A stretch of DNA of 64,000 bases from Nitrospirota bacterium (GCA_029261165.1 JAJDBV010000061.1:1731-65730); one strand, 5' to 3'. Positions 35,223-45,436 are shown, counted from the first letter of the stretch. The notes: generated by a model from the letters alone, not told the origin. A program made the numbers and translations.

Positions 35223-38200
35223 ATGAAAAATGGATTACGAAGAAAGTTTATCCTTGCAGTCATTTTCCTTGGGGTTCTCTCTGTTGCGATTGCTCTAGTT
35301 GCGACTGCCTGGAGAGGGACGGCTGCACTGAGAGAGACCCTGGGAGATAACTTTCAGGGGCTGGCACACGAGACATCCCAAAAAGTCGATATCGCCATCA
35401 TCAGAGAGATTACAGTTCTCCAGCACATGAGCAATGCCGAAGTCGTAAAAGCTGCTGTGATGGAGAACAACACTCGTTATGAGGGGACTTTAGAAGCAGA
35501 GATCTTCAGGAAGATTCAGCGGGCTGAGACCGCTTGGGAGAAGAGCGATGCTGCGGCACGGGCAAAGCAGATGTCGAGCAAGGCCTCCGCGTTTCTGGAA
35601 GAATCGGTCAAGCTCGAGAAGGAGGAGGGTGTACAATTTGTGACCTTTGTGACCGATAAAGAGGGCGTCCTTGTGGCCAGCACCACTGCGGTACGACCCT
35701 ATCAATATGCCCGAGAGGACTGGTGGGTCAAAACGATGCAATTGAAGGGAGAAGCAGTCTTCCTCAGCAACGTCTATCAAAATAAAAAAACAGACCGCTA
35801 TGTCTTTGATCTGGCCGTTCCAATCTTTAATCGTGGGTCTTCTGAAGCAATCGGGGCGATAAAGATCGTATTTGACTTAAAAGGGTTTCTCAGTCCCCTC
35901 ATTGTTAAAACCCGATTTGGCCAGACCGGGCATGCCATGCTCATCGATTCAGAAGGGACCGTCCTGGCCTGTCCGATCCTTCCAACAGGGATGCATATCC
36001 CAGAGGGAGTGCTCATCACGGCAGTGACTGCCATGGATCCGGGGTGGATCGTTGCTGAGGACGATGCCCATGGGGGAAAGAACTCTATCGTCGGATTTTC
36101 TCCTGTTGGAGAAGTCTTAAACATTTCCGCCCCCTTTGACGGCAATAGATGGCACAGCTTTATCAGGCAGGCACCGGAGGAGACCTATGCCCCGATCGAC
36201 TCCCTACTCCGTACCATTTTCTATTCCGGCGGGCTTTCCATCGGATTTCTGGTCATCATCGGTTTTGTCGTTGCCGGACGGTTGGTTGAACCGATCCAAG
36301 TTCTCCAGAAAGGCGCGGAAGAGATCGGAAAGGGCGATCTGGATCACCGCCTCGATATCCGAACGGGCGATGAGATCGAGCAGCTGGCCGAAGAATTTAA
36401 CAAAATGGCGGAAAAGCTGAAGATCTCGCATGTACACCTGGAAGAAGAGGTCGCGGAAAGGACCATGGCGCTGAGAGAAACGGTCGCAAAACTACAAGAG
36501 GCAGATCGACTTAAATCCGAATTCCTCTCAAATATAAGCCATGAACTAAGGACCCCGCTTACCTCCATCATCGGTTTTTCTGAGATCCTTATTGATCAGG
36601 TCTCTGGAGACCTCAATGAAATACAGATGGGATATGTCAAGAACATGTTGCATTCAGGACAGAATCAACTGGAACTCATCAGTAATCTCTTGGATCTATC
36701 TAAGATTCGATCAGGAAGAATGCAGACGAGTCTCGAACCCTTCCGGATACAAGAGGTTCTCGATTCCACGATAATGACGATCATCCCTCTCATTGAGAAG
36801 GAAGGCCTCCATTTAGTACGTGAGATTCAGGAGGGGCTTCCAGAGATCCTCGCCGATAAAGGAAAGGTAAGACAGATTCTCTTAAACCTCTTAAGCAATG
36901 CCATTAAGTTTACCGGGGAAGGGGGAATGATCAAGATTGGAGGGCATACGACAACACATGAAAGAAAATTGTTCCTTGAAATCTCCGTAACCGATACCGG
37001 TGTCGGAATCAGGCAGAATGATCAGGAGATCATCTTTGATGAGTTCAGGCAGGTTGATGCCTCCTACACAAGAGATTATCCAGGAACGGGGCTCGGGCTT
37101 CCGATCACCAAACATTTTGTTGAGATGCATGGCGGAAGCATCTGGGTGAAGAGTGAATCCGGGAGGGGCTCTACCTTTACCTTTACATTACCGGTGGAGG
37201 TGCCAGCTGAAGGATGGACCGAAACGAAGCGCGCGGGTGGCAGGGAAACCGTAGAAGCGCAGGCGGTAAGCAAGGTGAAGCGAGAAAAGAGTCCTGTCGG
37301 TTCGGTAGGAGAAACCGACCGTCCCGTCATTTTAGTGGTCGAGGATGACCCTATGGTCAGCCAGCTCATTACCCTCCATCTGACGCAGGCAGGGTACGAG
37401 ATTGCTCATGCTTATAATGGTGACGAAGCCATTCTAAAGGCGAGGGCGCTGAACCCCTTCGCAATCACGCTCGACATTATGCTGCCGGGAAAGGACGGGT
37501 GGCAGGTCCTACAGGAGTTACAGTCGGATCTTGAAACAAGAGATATACCCGTGGTCATCCTCTCCATGGTGGAAAATACGGAGTTGGGTCTCAGCCTCGG
37601 GACAGTTGATTACCTGATGAAACCGATTGATAAGCAGGCGCTCTTAAATACCCTCACCAAACTCGACTTAAAAAAGAAGGTAATGATAAAACCGGTGACC
37701 ATCCTCGTACTCGAACACAATCCTCATATGCTGGCAGAGATAAAAAATATCCTGAGGGAGACTGCATTTGGTGTCATTTCGGCTTCGGAGATAGAAGAAG
37801 GAATTGACCTTGCCTTGGAAGGCCGACCGGACCTCATTCTTCTGGGTCTTACCGGCTTTCCTGAAGAAAATGGAATCGGTCTGCCTCAAAGGTTAGTAAA
37901 ACACCGGATCATCAAAAACATCCCGATTGTTGCCTATCTCCAGGAAGAGTTGACCCGCGAATTGAAGGAGCGCTTGGAAGGGGAGATTAGAAAGATTATC
38001 CATTATGATAAAAAATCTATTCGCGAAGCCCTCCTCTTTGAGATCAAGAAGTACGAAAAACTATACCCCGATAAGGCGAAGATGATTGACGGCTTGACAG
38101 GACTTTATAATGAGCGATACTTTAGGAGTCGTCTTGACGGCGAAGTCGAGGCCGCCTTCCGCTACAAGCGGATCTTTTCCCTCATGGCCACAAATGTCGA

Positions 38201-38609
38201 TGGGTTTAAGGAATATAATGAGCGGAACGGCGTCGAGAGAGGAAATGAGGCCCTCAGGAATATCGCAGATGCTTTTAGAATAAACCTTAGATCGGCTGAC
38301 AGCATTAGCCGATTCGGAGGATCAACCTTCATGATTTTAATGACAGAAACAATTAAGGAATCAGGGACCTTGGCTGCCGGGAAGCTACGGAGAATCGTCG
38401 AGTCTCTCTCATTCCCACATCAAGAAGGGAAGGCCAAAGAACGCCTTACCATCAGTATTGGGATTTCCACTTTTCTTACGGATGCCCAGACAGGGGAAGA
38501 GATCGTCAGTAAGGCATTCAGCGCTCTTGAACGGGCCCAGAATGAGGGAGGCAATCGTATCGTCGATGCCGGGAAGATGTTAACGGGGAGGAATCAGTCC
38601 GATGGGTAA
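35223..38609 (+). CDS. Hybrid sensor kinase: Cache-HAMP-HisKA-HATPase-REC-pseudoREC-degenerate GGDEF
   Basis: Two TM helices, HAMP (DEIEQLA..FN.M), H-box SHELRTPL, NLLSNAIKFT, DTGVG, GTGLGL, REC (ITLDIMLP), C-terminal RSAD..RFGGSTF. ATG 35223 preferred as start. Confidence 0.9.
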   Translation: MKNGLRRKFILAVIFLGVLSVAIALVATAWRGTAALRETLGDNFQGLAHETSQKVDIAIIREITVLQHMSNAEVVKAAVMENNTRYEGTLEAEIFRKIQRAETAWEKSDAAARAKQMSSKASAFLEESVKLEKEEGVQFVTFVTDKEGVLVASTTAVRPYQYAREDWWVKTMQLKGEAVFLSNVYQNKKTDRYVFDLAVPIFNRGSSEAIGAIKIVFDLKGFLSPLIVKTRFGQTGHAMLIDSEGTVLACPILPTGMHIPEGVLITAVTAMDPGWIVAEDDAHGGKNSIVGFSPVGEVLNISAPFDGNRWHSFIRQAPEETYAPIDSLLRTIFYSGGLSIGFLVIIGFVVAGRLVEPIQVLQKGAEEIGKGDLDHRLDIRTGDEIEQLAEEFNKMAEKLKISHVHLEEEVAERTMALRETVAKLQEADRLKSEFLSNISHELRTPLTSIIGFSEILIDQVSGDLNEIQMGYVKNMLHSGQNQLELISNLLDLSKIRSGRMQTSLEPFRIQEVLDSTIMTIIPLIEKEGLHLVREIQEGLPEILADKGKVRQILLNLLSNAIKFTGEGGMIKIGGHTTTHERKLFLEISVTDTGVGIRQNDQEIIFDEFRQVDASYTRDYPGTGLGLPITKHFVEMHGGSIWVKSESGRGSTFTFTLPVEVPAEGWTETKRAGGRETVEAQAVSKVKREKSPVGSVGETDRPVILVVEDDPMVSQLITLHLTQAGYEIAHAYNGDEAILKARALNPFAITLDIMLPGKDGWQVLQELQSDLETRDIPVVILSMVENTELGLSLGTVDYLMKPIDKQALLNTLTKLDLKKKVMIKPVTILVLEHNPHMLAEIKNILRETAFGVISASEIEEGIDLALEGRPDLILLGLTGFPEENGIGLPQRLVKHRIIKNIPIVAYLQEELTRELKERLEGEIRKIIHYDKKSIREALLFEIKKYEKLYPDKAKMIDGLTGLYNERYFRSRLDGEVEAAFRYKRIFSLMATNVDGFKEYNERNGVERGNEALRNIADAFRINLRSADSISRFGGSTFMILMTETIKESGTLAAGKLRRIVESLSFPHQEGKAKERLTISIGISTFLTDAQTGEEIVSKAFSALERAQNEGGNRIVDAGKMLTGRNQSDG

Positions 38610-38982
38610 GAAAATCTTGGTCGTGGATGATGATGCGGATGTACGGCAACTGATCAGGGTGACGCTCAGGGCTTATGAAGTCGTAGAAGGATCCAATGGC
38701 CTCGAGGCCTTAGAGATGGCAGCGCGTGAAAAGCCGGCCCTGATCATTCTGGATGTGATGATGCCCAGGATGAACGGATTTGAGGTCATCAAACAGATGA
38801 AAGCCGACCCCATCGTTGCGGAAATTCCTATTGTCTTGTTAACAGCAAGAGGAGATCAAGGGACTTTAGAACAGGGTCAGGATGCAGAAGTACTCACCTA
38901 TCTCACAAAACCATTTTCTCCCCGAAAATTGGCGGATCGGGTAGAAAAAATTTTGAGGCCAAAAAAATCTAAAACCTCATAA
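38602..38982 (+). CDS. Single-domain response regulator
   Basis: VVDDD, ILDVMMP, LTA and YLTKPF. Confidence 0.93.
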   Translation: MGKKILVVDDDADVRQLIRVTLRAYEVVEGSNGLEALEMAAREKPALIILDVMMPRMNGFEVIKQMKADPIVAEIPIVLLTARGDQGTLEQGQDAEVLTYLTKPFSPRKLADRVEKILRPKKSKTS

Positions 38983-39018
38983 AGTCCTTTCTTAGCATAT
39001 ACATCTGCCTTAGCATTT

Positions 39019-41178
39019 TCAAGACGCGAGGGTCCATCCTCCCCGTTTTTCCATCTCATCCAACTGCTTGTCGAAATCGGAAGAAGGAAAAGGGCGGGCA
39101 ATATAATAGCCTTGTGCCTCATCGCAACCAAGGTCGATCAGTCGCTCCAATACCTCCCGATCTTCTACCCCTTCTGCCGTAACCCTCATGCCAAGATTGT
39201 GCCCGAGATTTATTGTGGAGCGCACGATCACCGCATCGTCTTTGTTGACAATCATGTTTGAGACAAAGGAATTATCGATCTTAATTGTTCTGGCCGAAAG
39301 CTTTCTGAGGTAAGTGAGAGAGGAATGTCCTTTGCCAAAATCATCGATGGAGATAGTGATCCCTTTTTCCACGAGTTTATTCAGAACCTCAATTGCACGG
39401 ATCTCATCTGTCATAATCGTGCTTTCGGTGACTTCCACTTCCAGAGAAGAAGGAGAAACATCAAATTTCTGAAGTAATTCTTCTATCTGATCCGGGAGTT
39501 GCGGGTCCTGAATGTTTCGGATAGCAAGGTTCACCGCGACAAAGACTTTTTTCCCGCTCTTTTTCCATCGATGGCACTGGTGCAGGGCCTCACCCAAGAC
39601 CCATCGCGTGAGCGGTTTAATCAACCCGGTCTGCTCCGCGGGCAAGATAAAGCGATCCGGAAACACCATCCCCTGTTTTGGGCGCTGCCAACGTACCAAT
39701 GCCTCCACCCCGGCGATATTTCCCGTTCGAAGATTAATCTTGGGCTGGTAATATAACATCAATTGATTTTTGTTGATTGCATGATGCAACTCTCCCATCA
39801 GGGAAATACCTTTGGGAGAGTGCTTGCCCTTCTTTGGACTGTAAATATGAAAGCCCCTCCCGCTTTGTTTGGCTTCTTTTAAAGCGACATCGGCCTTCTG
39901 GAAAAGCGGACTGGCACTTATCCCATGGTCGGGTGAGATGGCAATACCAATGCCGGCTTCGATATAAAGGGGAAGACCTTCAATCTCAAGGGGCTCCTCG
40001 AAAAACTTCAAGATTCTATTCGCCACGGGCATAATCTCTCCCACACCCCCCACAGAAAGAATAAGACCGAACTCGTCTCCACCAATGCGTGCGACCATAT
40101 GGGTAGGGCCAAATGTCTCCAACAGATCCTTGCCAACACGTTGCAATAGGAGATCGGCATAGTCAAGCCCGAGGGTGTCATTGACATCTTTGAGATGGAT
40201 GAGATTGATCAGAAGGAAGGCGATTCGTTTATTCTTATCCTCTTCAAGTAATATGGTCCTTTCCAGATGCTCTATGAAGTGAGCGCGGTTGGGGAGTCCC
40301 GTCAATCGATCATAATAGGCCATGTAATGAATCGACTTTTCCGCCCATTTCTGGTCGGTAATTTCTCGAATTATGGCCAGCCCCCCAACAACTTCATCCT
40401 CATCCCCATATATAGGTGAGTAGTGGCCCGAAAAATAACCCTCCTTCCCCGTTTCAGGAACTTTGTAGGGACGATCTTCAGAGATGACATTCTTACCTTC
40501 CAGCGCCTCGAAGAAAAATGTATCCTCGCCGCTCTCTTTCAAGAAAGGAAAGACTTCAAAGGCACATTTACCCAAGACCTTCTCTTGGCCGACACCCGTG
40601 ATCCGTTCCATGACCCGATTCCAGATGGTGTAGCGACAGTTACAATCAAAGGCCAGGATGCCATCAACACTACTGTTTATGAGATTTTCAGAAAATTCCT
40701 TCTCATTTCGAACCTTCTTCTCTGCCTGTTTACGTTCGGTGATGTCGCGTGAGAACGCGCAGTTGTACTCTTTCCCCTGGAAGACCAGAAAGTTCCTTGT
40801 GACTTCTACCGGGAAGATACTGCCGTCCTTTCTGCGATGCCAGGATTCCACCCTAAAGGAACCGTGTTGTTTTAATTCTTTCCAGGACTTAAGCCAGGCT
40901 TCCGGCGTCATGCTCGGCGCGATGTCACAAACGGACATGGAAAGCAGTTCATCTCTTGAGTATCCGAGGGTTTGACAAGCGGCTTCATTCACATAATAAA
41001 AATATCCATCAGGTTTTATGAAAAATGTAGGATCTGAAGCGTAATCGATGGAAAACTGTGCGAGTTGCAGTGCCTCTTCAACCCGTTTTTGATCGGCGAT
41101 ATCACTTTTCAATGCAGACCCTCTCTGGAAAGCTTCTTCGTTTATAGAGACATAAATTTCGACACCACAACTACTCAT
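39019..41178 (-). CDS. PAS-PAS-GGDEF-EAL protein, probable c-di-GMP phosphodiesterase
   Basis: Two PAS/PAC domains, ARIGGDEF, YQP..VEALVRW, EVTE, DDFG.G.SSL, KID and EGVE. Confidence 0.92.
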   Translation of the reverse strand: MSSCGVEIYVSINEEAFQRGSALKSDIADQKRVEEALQLAQFSIDYASDPTFFIKPDGYFYYVNEAACQTLGYSRDELLSMSVCDIAPSMTPEAWLKSWKELKQHGSFRVESWHRRKDGSIFPVEVTRNFLVFQGKEYNCAFSRDITERKQAEKKVRNEKEFSENLINSSVDGILAFDCNCRYTIWNRVMERITGVGQEKVLGKCAFEVFPFLKESGEDTFFFEALEGKNVISEDRPYKVPETGKEGYFSGHYSPIYGDEDEVVGGLAIIREITDQKWAEKSIHYMAYYDRLTGLPNRAHFIEHLERTILLEEDKNKRIAFLLINLIHLKDVNDTLGLDYADLLLQRVGKDLLETFGPTHMVARIGGDEFGLILSVGGVGEIMPVANRILKFFEEPLEIEGLPLYIEAGIGIAISPDHGISASPLFQKADVALKEAKQSGRGFHIYSPKKGKHSPKGISLMGELHHAINKNQLMLYYQPKINLRTGNIAGVEALVRWQRPKQGMVFPDRFILPAEQTGLIKPLTRWVLGEALHQCHRWKKSGKKVFVAVNLAIRNIQDPQLPDQIEELLQKFDVSPSSLEVEVTESTIMTDEIRAIEVLNKLVEKGITISIDDFGKGHSSLTYLRKLSARTIKIDNSFVSNMIVNKDDAVIVRSTINLGHNLGMRVTAEGVEDREVLERLIDLGCDEAQGYYIARPFPSSDFDKQLDEMEKRGGWTLAS

Positions 41179-41243
41179 CGGAATAAATCAAGAAAACTTG
41201 ATACCCAATAATAAGTATTTATCGACTCTCAGTCCATTTTCAA

Positions 41244-41400
41244 AGAGCCTCTGAATAAGACATGAATTGTTTTTTCATCGAAAAAATGTCTCGCTTCTAC
41301 ATTTCAAACCTTGAAAATAGCGGGCTATTCTCTGCGATCTACGCCTTGAATTGCAACATATTATCTCCTAAAACTCAACCCATACTTAATCAGAGGTTCC
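41244..41400. mobile_element. ~157-bp MITE-like element (second family)
   Basis: Terminal inverted repeat GAGCCTCTGAATAAG ... CTTAATCAGAGGTTC (13/15) with an internal AATAGC-GG-GCTATT hairpin; no coding capacity. Confidence 0.68.
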
Positions 41401-41476
41401 TAAAATATCGTTACCGATTCATTTTTTAAAAAAGACCAAGTTGCGAAAAGATTCCCTTGTCGATATAATCAACTTC

Positions 41477-41707
41477 ATGGCGGTTGAGGTTTTTGGGATC
41501 TGTGCAGTTGTATCGATGCTCGTTATGTACGCTCTTGAGGATCGCTCGCCTGTTTTTGTCCTTGGCTTCGCTGCCGCCTGTGCCGCGTCCTCTTTTTATG
41601 CTGTTTTGATACAGTCCTGGCCCTTCGCCATCGTCGAGGGAATATGGTCCGTTGTTGCCGTCCGGCGCTGGCTTGCCATCCTTAGGTCGGACCCACAGGG
41701 AGAATAG
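41477..41707 (+). CDS. Small membrane protein (about 3 TM helices)
   Basis: Hydrophobic 76-aa ORF with MYALE.R and WPF..VE.IW motifs; 5 nt upstream of the PocR-PAS gene. Confidence 0.7.
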   Translation: MAVEVFGICAVVSMLVMYALEDRSPVFVLGFAAACAASSFYAVLIQSWPFAIVEGIWSVVAVRRWLAILRSDPQGE

Positions 41708-41712
41708 GCCTG

Positions 41713-42882
41713 ATGTCTAACAAAGATGCCGATGAATGGAGTGCTGATCGTGGCCCGCTGCCTCCTGAAAAGAAATCGTCTCCTATAGGCAAAAGTATGT
41801 CTGTCCCTCCATCCATCCAGGTACTCGGTCAGGAAACCATTAACAATATTATGGATGAATATCTTGACCTGCTTGATTCCTCTGCCGCGGTCTTTGAGCT
41901 AAACGGCTCCTATCTAGGAAGTCGCGCTTCATCAGGATGGTGTAAACTGCTCAACGACACCTCCCGAGAAAGCTGTGGAACGGATGATGAACAGGCCGCC
42001 ATGGCATCTGGAAAGTGGCACTGCCACGAATCCTGCTGGAAAGCCTCGAAAACCTCTATCGAGAGAAGCAAACCCGTCGATATCGGATGTTTGGGTGGTA
42101 TCCATATCTACGCCGTCCCGGTTTTTTCCAGAGGGAACATTATCGGGTCGATCAATTTCGGATACAGTGATCCCCCTAAAGAGGAAAGGGAGTTAAAAAT
42201 CATATCCACGCGGTATGGTATTGATGTGGACCATCTTAAAGAAGCGGCTCAGCAACATACACCGCGTCCCCCTTTTGTCATTGATCTTTTCAAAAAGCGT
42301 CTGCAATCCGCCGCACGATTGATCGAAGAGATGGTCGAGCGTAAAGAAGCGGAGACGTCCTTTCAGGAGAGCGAGGCGCGCTACCACGCCCTCGTTGAAC
42401 ATGCATCCGATGGGATGATTGTGAGTGACGAAACCGGGACCATTGTCATGTGGAACAAGGGCGCCCAAAAGATATTCGGGTACCGGGCAGATGAAATCAT
42501 CGGTCAGCCGGTGACAGTCCTCATGCCGGAGACCTATCGTCCGCGCCAGGTGGAGGGCATGCAGCGGATGGTAAAAGGTGGTGAAGGTCGGCACATCGGG
42601 ATCACGCGTGAATTTGAAGGCATCAGGAAAGACGACAGCCTATTCCCGATAGATATCACCTTGTCCACCTGGCAACCAAAGACTAAAAAATTATTTGGCG
42701 CAATCTGCCGCGATGCGACCGAGCGCAAACGGATCTCAGAAGATCTCGAACGGCTGGTCGAGAAGCGCACAAGCGAGATTAAAAAAAAGAACAATGAACT
42801 GAAGCGTTTTAACCAACTGTTTGTGGGAAGAGAGTTGCGCATTAAGGAACTGAAGGACAAGGTGAAAGCGCTTGAGAAGTAG
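41713..42882 (+). CDS. PocR-PAS sensor protein with a C-terminal coiled coil and no output domain
   Basis: PocR-type Cys pattern (GWCKLL, C.ESC, C.GG....AVP), PAS (WNKGA.KIFGY, RKD.S.FP), tail GRELRIKELK. Confidence 0.8.
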   Translation: MSNKDADEWSADRGPLPPEKKSSPIGKSMSVPPSIQVLGQETINNIMDEYLDLLDSSAAVFELNGSYLGSRASSGWCKLLNDTSRESCGTDDEQAAMASGKWHCHESCWKASKTSIERSKPVDIGCLGGIHIYAVPVFSRGNIIGSINFGYSDPPKEERELKIISTRYGIDVDHLKEAAQQHTPRPPFVIDLFKKRLQSAARLIEEMVERKEAETSFQESEARYHALVEHASDGMIVSDETGTIVMWNKGAQKIFGYRADEIIGQPVTVLMPETYRPRQVEGMQRMVKGGEGRHIGITREFEGIRKDDSLFPIDITLSTWQPKTKKLFGAICRDATERKRISEDLERLVEKRTSEIKKKNNELKRFNQLFVGRELRIKELKDKVKALEK

Positions 42883-43011
42883 GTATCGGAACATATTTTA
42901 TACACGACTGTGTCGGTGGCGGGAGATTAGGCCTGAATGGTCATGAAGGAACATGCCGCTTCACATCAGATCAAGAAAACGCTCTGATGAAAGGAATTCA
43001 AAGGTCCAAAA

Positions 43012-43242
43012 GTGGAAGATGACTACAGGTGGTTCGGAAATGTTTCCCCCGAAGCCCAGGAAAAGATAACAGAAGAAGTCGAGTCCTATATACGGAATGG
43101 AATGGGACGATGCAAATGCGGTCCTTTAAATATCACCGCAGAAACCGACAGCCAGGATATATACTATGTTGCCCGGATCAGATGTAAATGCGGCGAGTCT
43201 GATTTTTTTGGGGATATCGAAGGCGTCATCTCTGTCGCGTAA
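43012..43242 (+). CDS. Small protein with two RCxCG knuckles (paralog 1)
   Basis: About 50% identical to 45511-45738, which supports real coding. Confidence 0.75.
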   Translation: MEDDYRWFGNVSPEAQEKITEEVESYIRNGMGRCKCGPLNITAETDSQDIYYVARIRCKCGESDFFGDIEGVISVA

Positions 43243-43598
43243 GTATTATGCACGTCAATGCCGACTTTCAAATGTGATCTTGAGCCTTGAGACGGTGATT
43301 ATTTTCGGAATGAACGCATAAAGACGTTTCACCTCTTTCCCGGAATTCCTTCAAATATTGCCAACTGATCTATGTCTGCCCATCTCTCAGGGAGAAGATT
43401 GCGATCCCTGTGCATGGTATTTCCAGTCCTGGGGTTCTAATGAACATCGTCGTACTTGAAATATTTCTATTTTTGGCCGGTATCGCAATCCTGACTTATC
43501 TGATTTCCAAAAACCAGTGACATTGGGGTGTATTTTGTTCACCCGTTCTCTCTCGTTGCCAAGCCTCCCCGTTCTGAATAAATTCACACAAATGAAAT

Positions 43599-44657
43599 CT
43601 AGCAGAAGGTCTTATCTTGACGGGATGGGATTCCCGAATTAGGGAGGCCGCCTAAACACTCCATCGACCGTGAATTCTTTCCGGCTTCGACTTCCATCAT
43701 CCGGATAGCTTGGACCCTGCCACGACCAACTTTTTTTGCCTTATCGAGGGCGTACTCTGCACAGACTAAGACCTCTTGAACCCGTTTTATCCCTGGATCC
43801 GGTATCGAGGAAATTCCAATACTGACTGACATTTTTTTTTCCTTGTCTGAGAATTCTTCTAGAGAAATCCTTCCAATTCTTTCCGAGATCGTCGTGGCAA
43901 TCAACACGGCTTTTCCTTGATCCTGCTCTGTGAGGAGCAACATAAACCCCTTTTCCCCGTTTCGGGCCAGGGTATCCACAGCCCGAACCTGTTCCTTGAT
44001 TTCCTCAGAAATCGACTTCAAGGCTTTATCCCTCACCTCTTGACCACAAGAATCAATTATTTCCTCCTCCTGATCGACTTCGATGATCAAGCAGGAAAAG
44101 GGGCTTTTATAACGACTTGTCCTTTTTAACTCTTTTGCCACAATCGCTTGAAAACGTTCTTTGCTCACAAGTCCAGTCACCGGATCAAAAATGGCAAGTG
44201 AGTCTACATTCGTGAGAAGGTCGTTGTATTCCATCTCTTTCATTTTGAGCGCATCGCTGAGTAATCTTTCTCGAACGAAGGAATCAAACCTGACTTTTAA
44301 TTCAAGCTGATCTACGGGCTTGCTAATATAATCAACCGCCCCTTCCTTCAGACAGACAATCCGTTCTTTGATCTCTTTCCTTCCACCTAACATGATGATC
44401 GGAACTTTTTTGGTGAGCATGTTTAATTTTGACCAACGGCAGACCTCTATCGCAGAGATGTCGTGCAGGGCTAAATCCAATATGATCAGATCGGGGTGCT
44501 GTGCGGAGGCAAGTTTCATCCCCTGACGGCCCGACGCAGCCAGAGTCGCCTCATTTCCCATATCATCAAACAAACGTTTGACTTCTTTCGATTCATAATC
44601 ACCGTTCCCGATAATCAGCGTTTTGACTTTCATTTCTCTCCTGAATGAAGAATTCAT
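43599..44657 (-). CDS. REC plus degenerate GGDEF protein (PleD/PopA-like)
   Basis: REC (LIILDL, YISKP), DPVTGL, RAVD I-site, active site ARNGEKGF. Confidence 0.85.
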   Translation of the reverse strand: MNSSFRREMKVKTLIIGNGDYESKEVKRLFDDMGNEATLAASGRQGMKLASAQHPDLIILDLALHDISAIEVCRWSKLNMLTKKVPIIMLGGRKEIKERIVCLKEGAVDYISKPVDQLELKVRFDSFVRERLLSDALKMKEMEYNDLLTNVDSLAIFDPVTGLVSKERFQAIVAKELKRTSRYKSPFSCLIIEVDQEEEIIDSCGQEVRDKALKSISEEIKEQVRAVDTLARNGEKGFMLLLTEQDQGKAVLIATTISERIGRISLEEFSDKEKKMSVSIGISSIPDPGIKRVQEVLVCAEYALDKAKKVGRGRVQAIRMMEVEAGKNSRSMECLGGLPNSGIPSRQDKTFC

Positions 44658-45001
44658 TTTATAGACCGCATTAATAAAGATATCTTCTCGTCCAGATCTG
44701 TCAAGAAAGAATGGCGATTAAAACGGCGAATCCCAATTATACTAAAATAATACTAAAAAAATTCACCTCTACCCCATAAATTCATCCATTTAACAGGGAA
44801 TTGAGTCAGGAAAAGCATCCAGCCGGACAGGCATGAAACGGACCACTTCCTGCGAAAAAATTTGTCCTCTGTTTATCCTCTGATAGAAAGCTTTAAAATA
44901 AGTAATAACTAGCCCATAATATCTTTGAACATGTTGTTATCGTGAATATTCTCTATTAATATTAATATGACAGTAAAAATTTATGATCAAATGAGTGGCG
45001 T

Positions 45002-45436
45002 ATGTATCGGTGTATGGGTTTTAACGGCTTTGAGAAGGATTGGACCGGACCCGTCATCAACGAGTTTGTGTACTATGTAAATACCAGCAAAATGGGGCGA
45101 CACATCGAGCGGGCACAGGAAGCAATTGTCCCAGACCTTTATGCACCACGGTTCATGCTCCCTCCCCTCCCTGACCGTGAACTTCCAGACCGGATTCTGG
45201 TCGCCATTGGCAAGGGCTATGAACCCGTCCGTCGCATAGGTTTTGTCGAGAAGGAGATTAAACAAGCGACTGCGTCAAGTGTATGGAACTTTGAGTATGA
45301 TCATGAGGTGGGATATGCGTTACGATATTTCGCGAAATATGAGGGTCAGACCTACAACCTTCATTTGCCCCGCAATGTCTTTGCGGAGGCTCAAACCCCC
45401 AACCGTCTCTATCTCCGAATCGCCCTCCCCGCGTAG
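45002..45436 (+). CDS. Hypothetical protein with an internal duplication
   Basis: 144-aa ORF with two similar halves (F.Y...L..PR...P.R....I). Confidence 0.65.
   Translation: MYRCMGFNGFEKDWTGPVINEFVYYVNTSKMGRHIERAQEAIVPDLYAPRFMLPPLPDRELPDRILVAIGKGYEPVRRIGFVEKEIKQATASSVWNFEYDHEVGYALRYFAKYEGQTYNLHLPRNVFAEAQTPNRLYLRIALPA

Noticed and set aside
43387-43587. 66-aa minus-strand ORF downstream of the REC-GGDEF gene
   Set aside because: No clear SD or motif, so coding cannot be supported.
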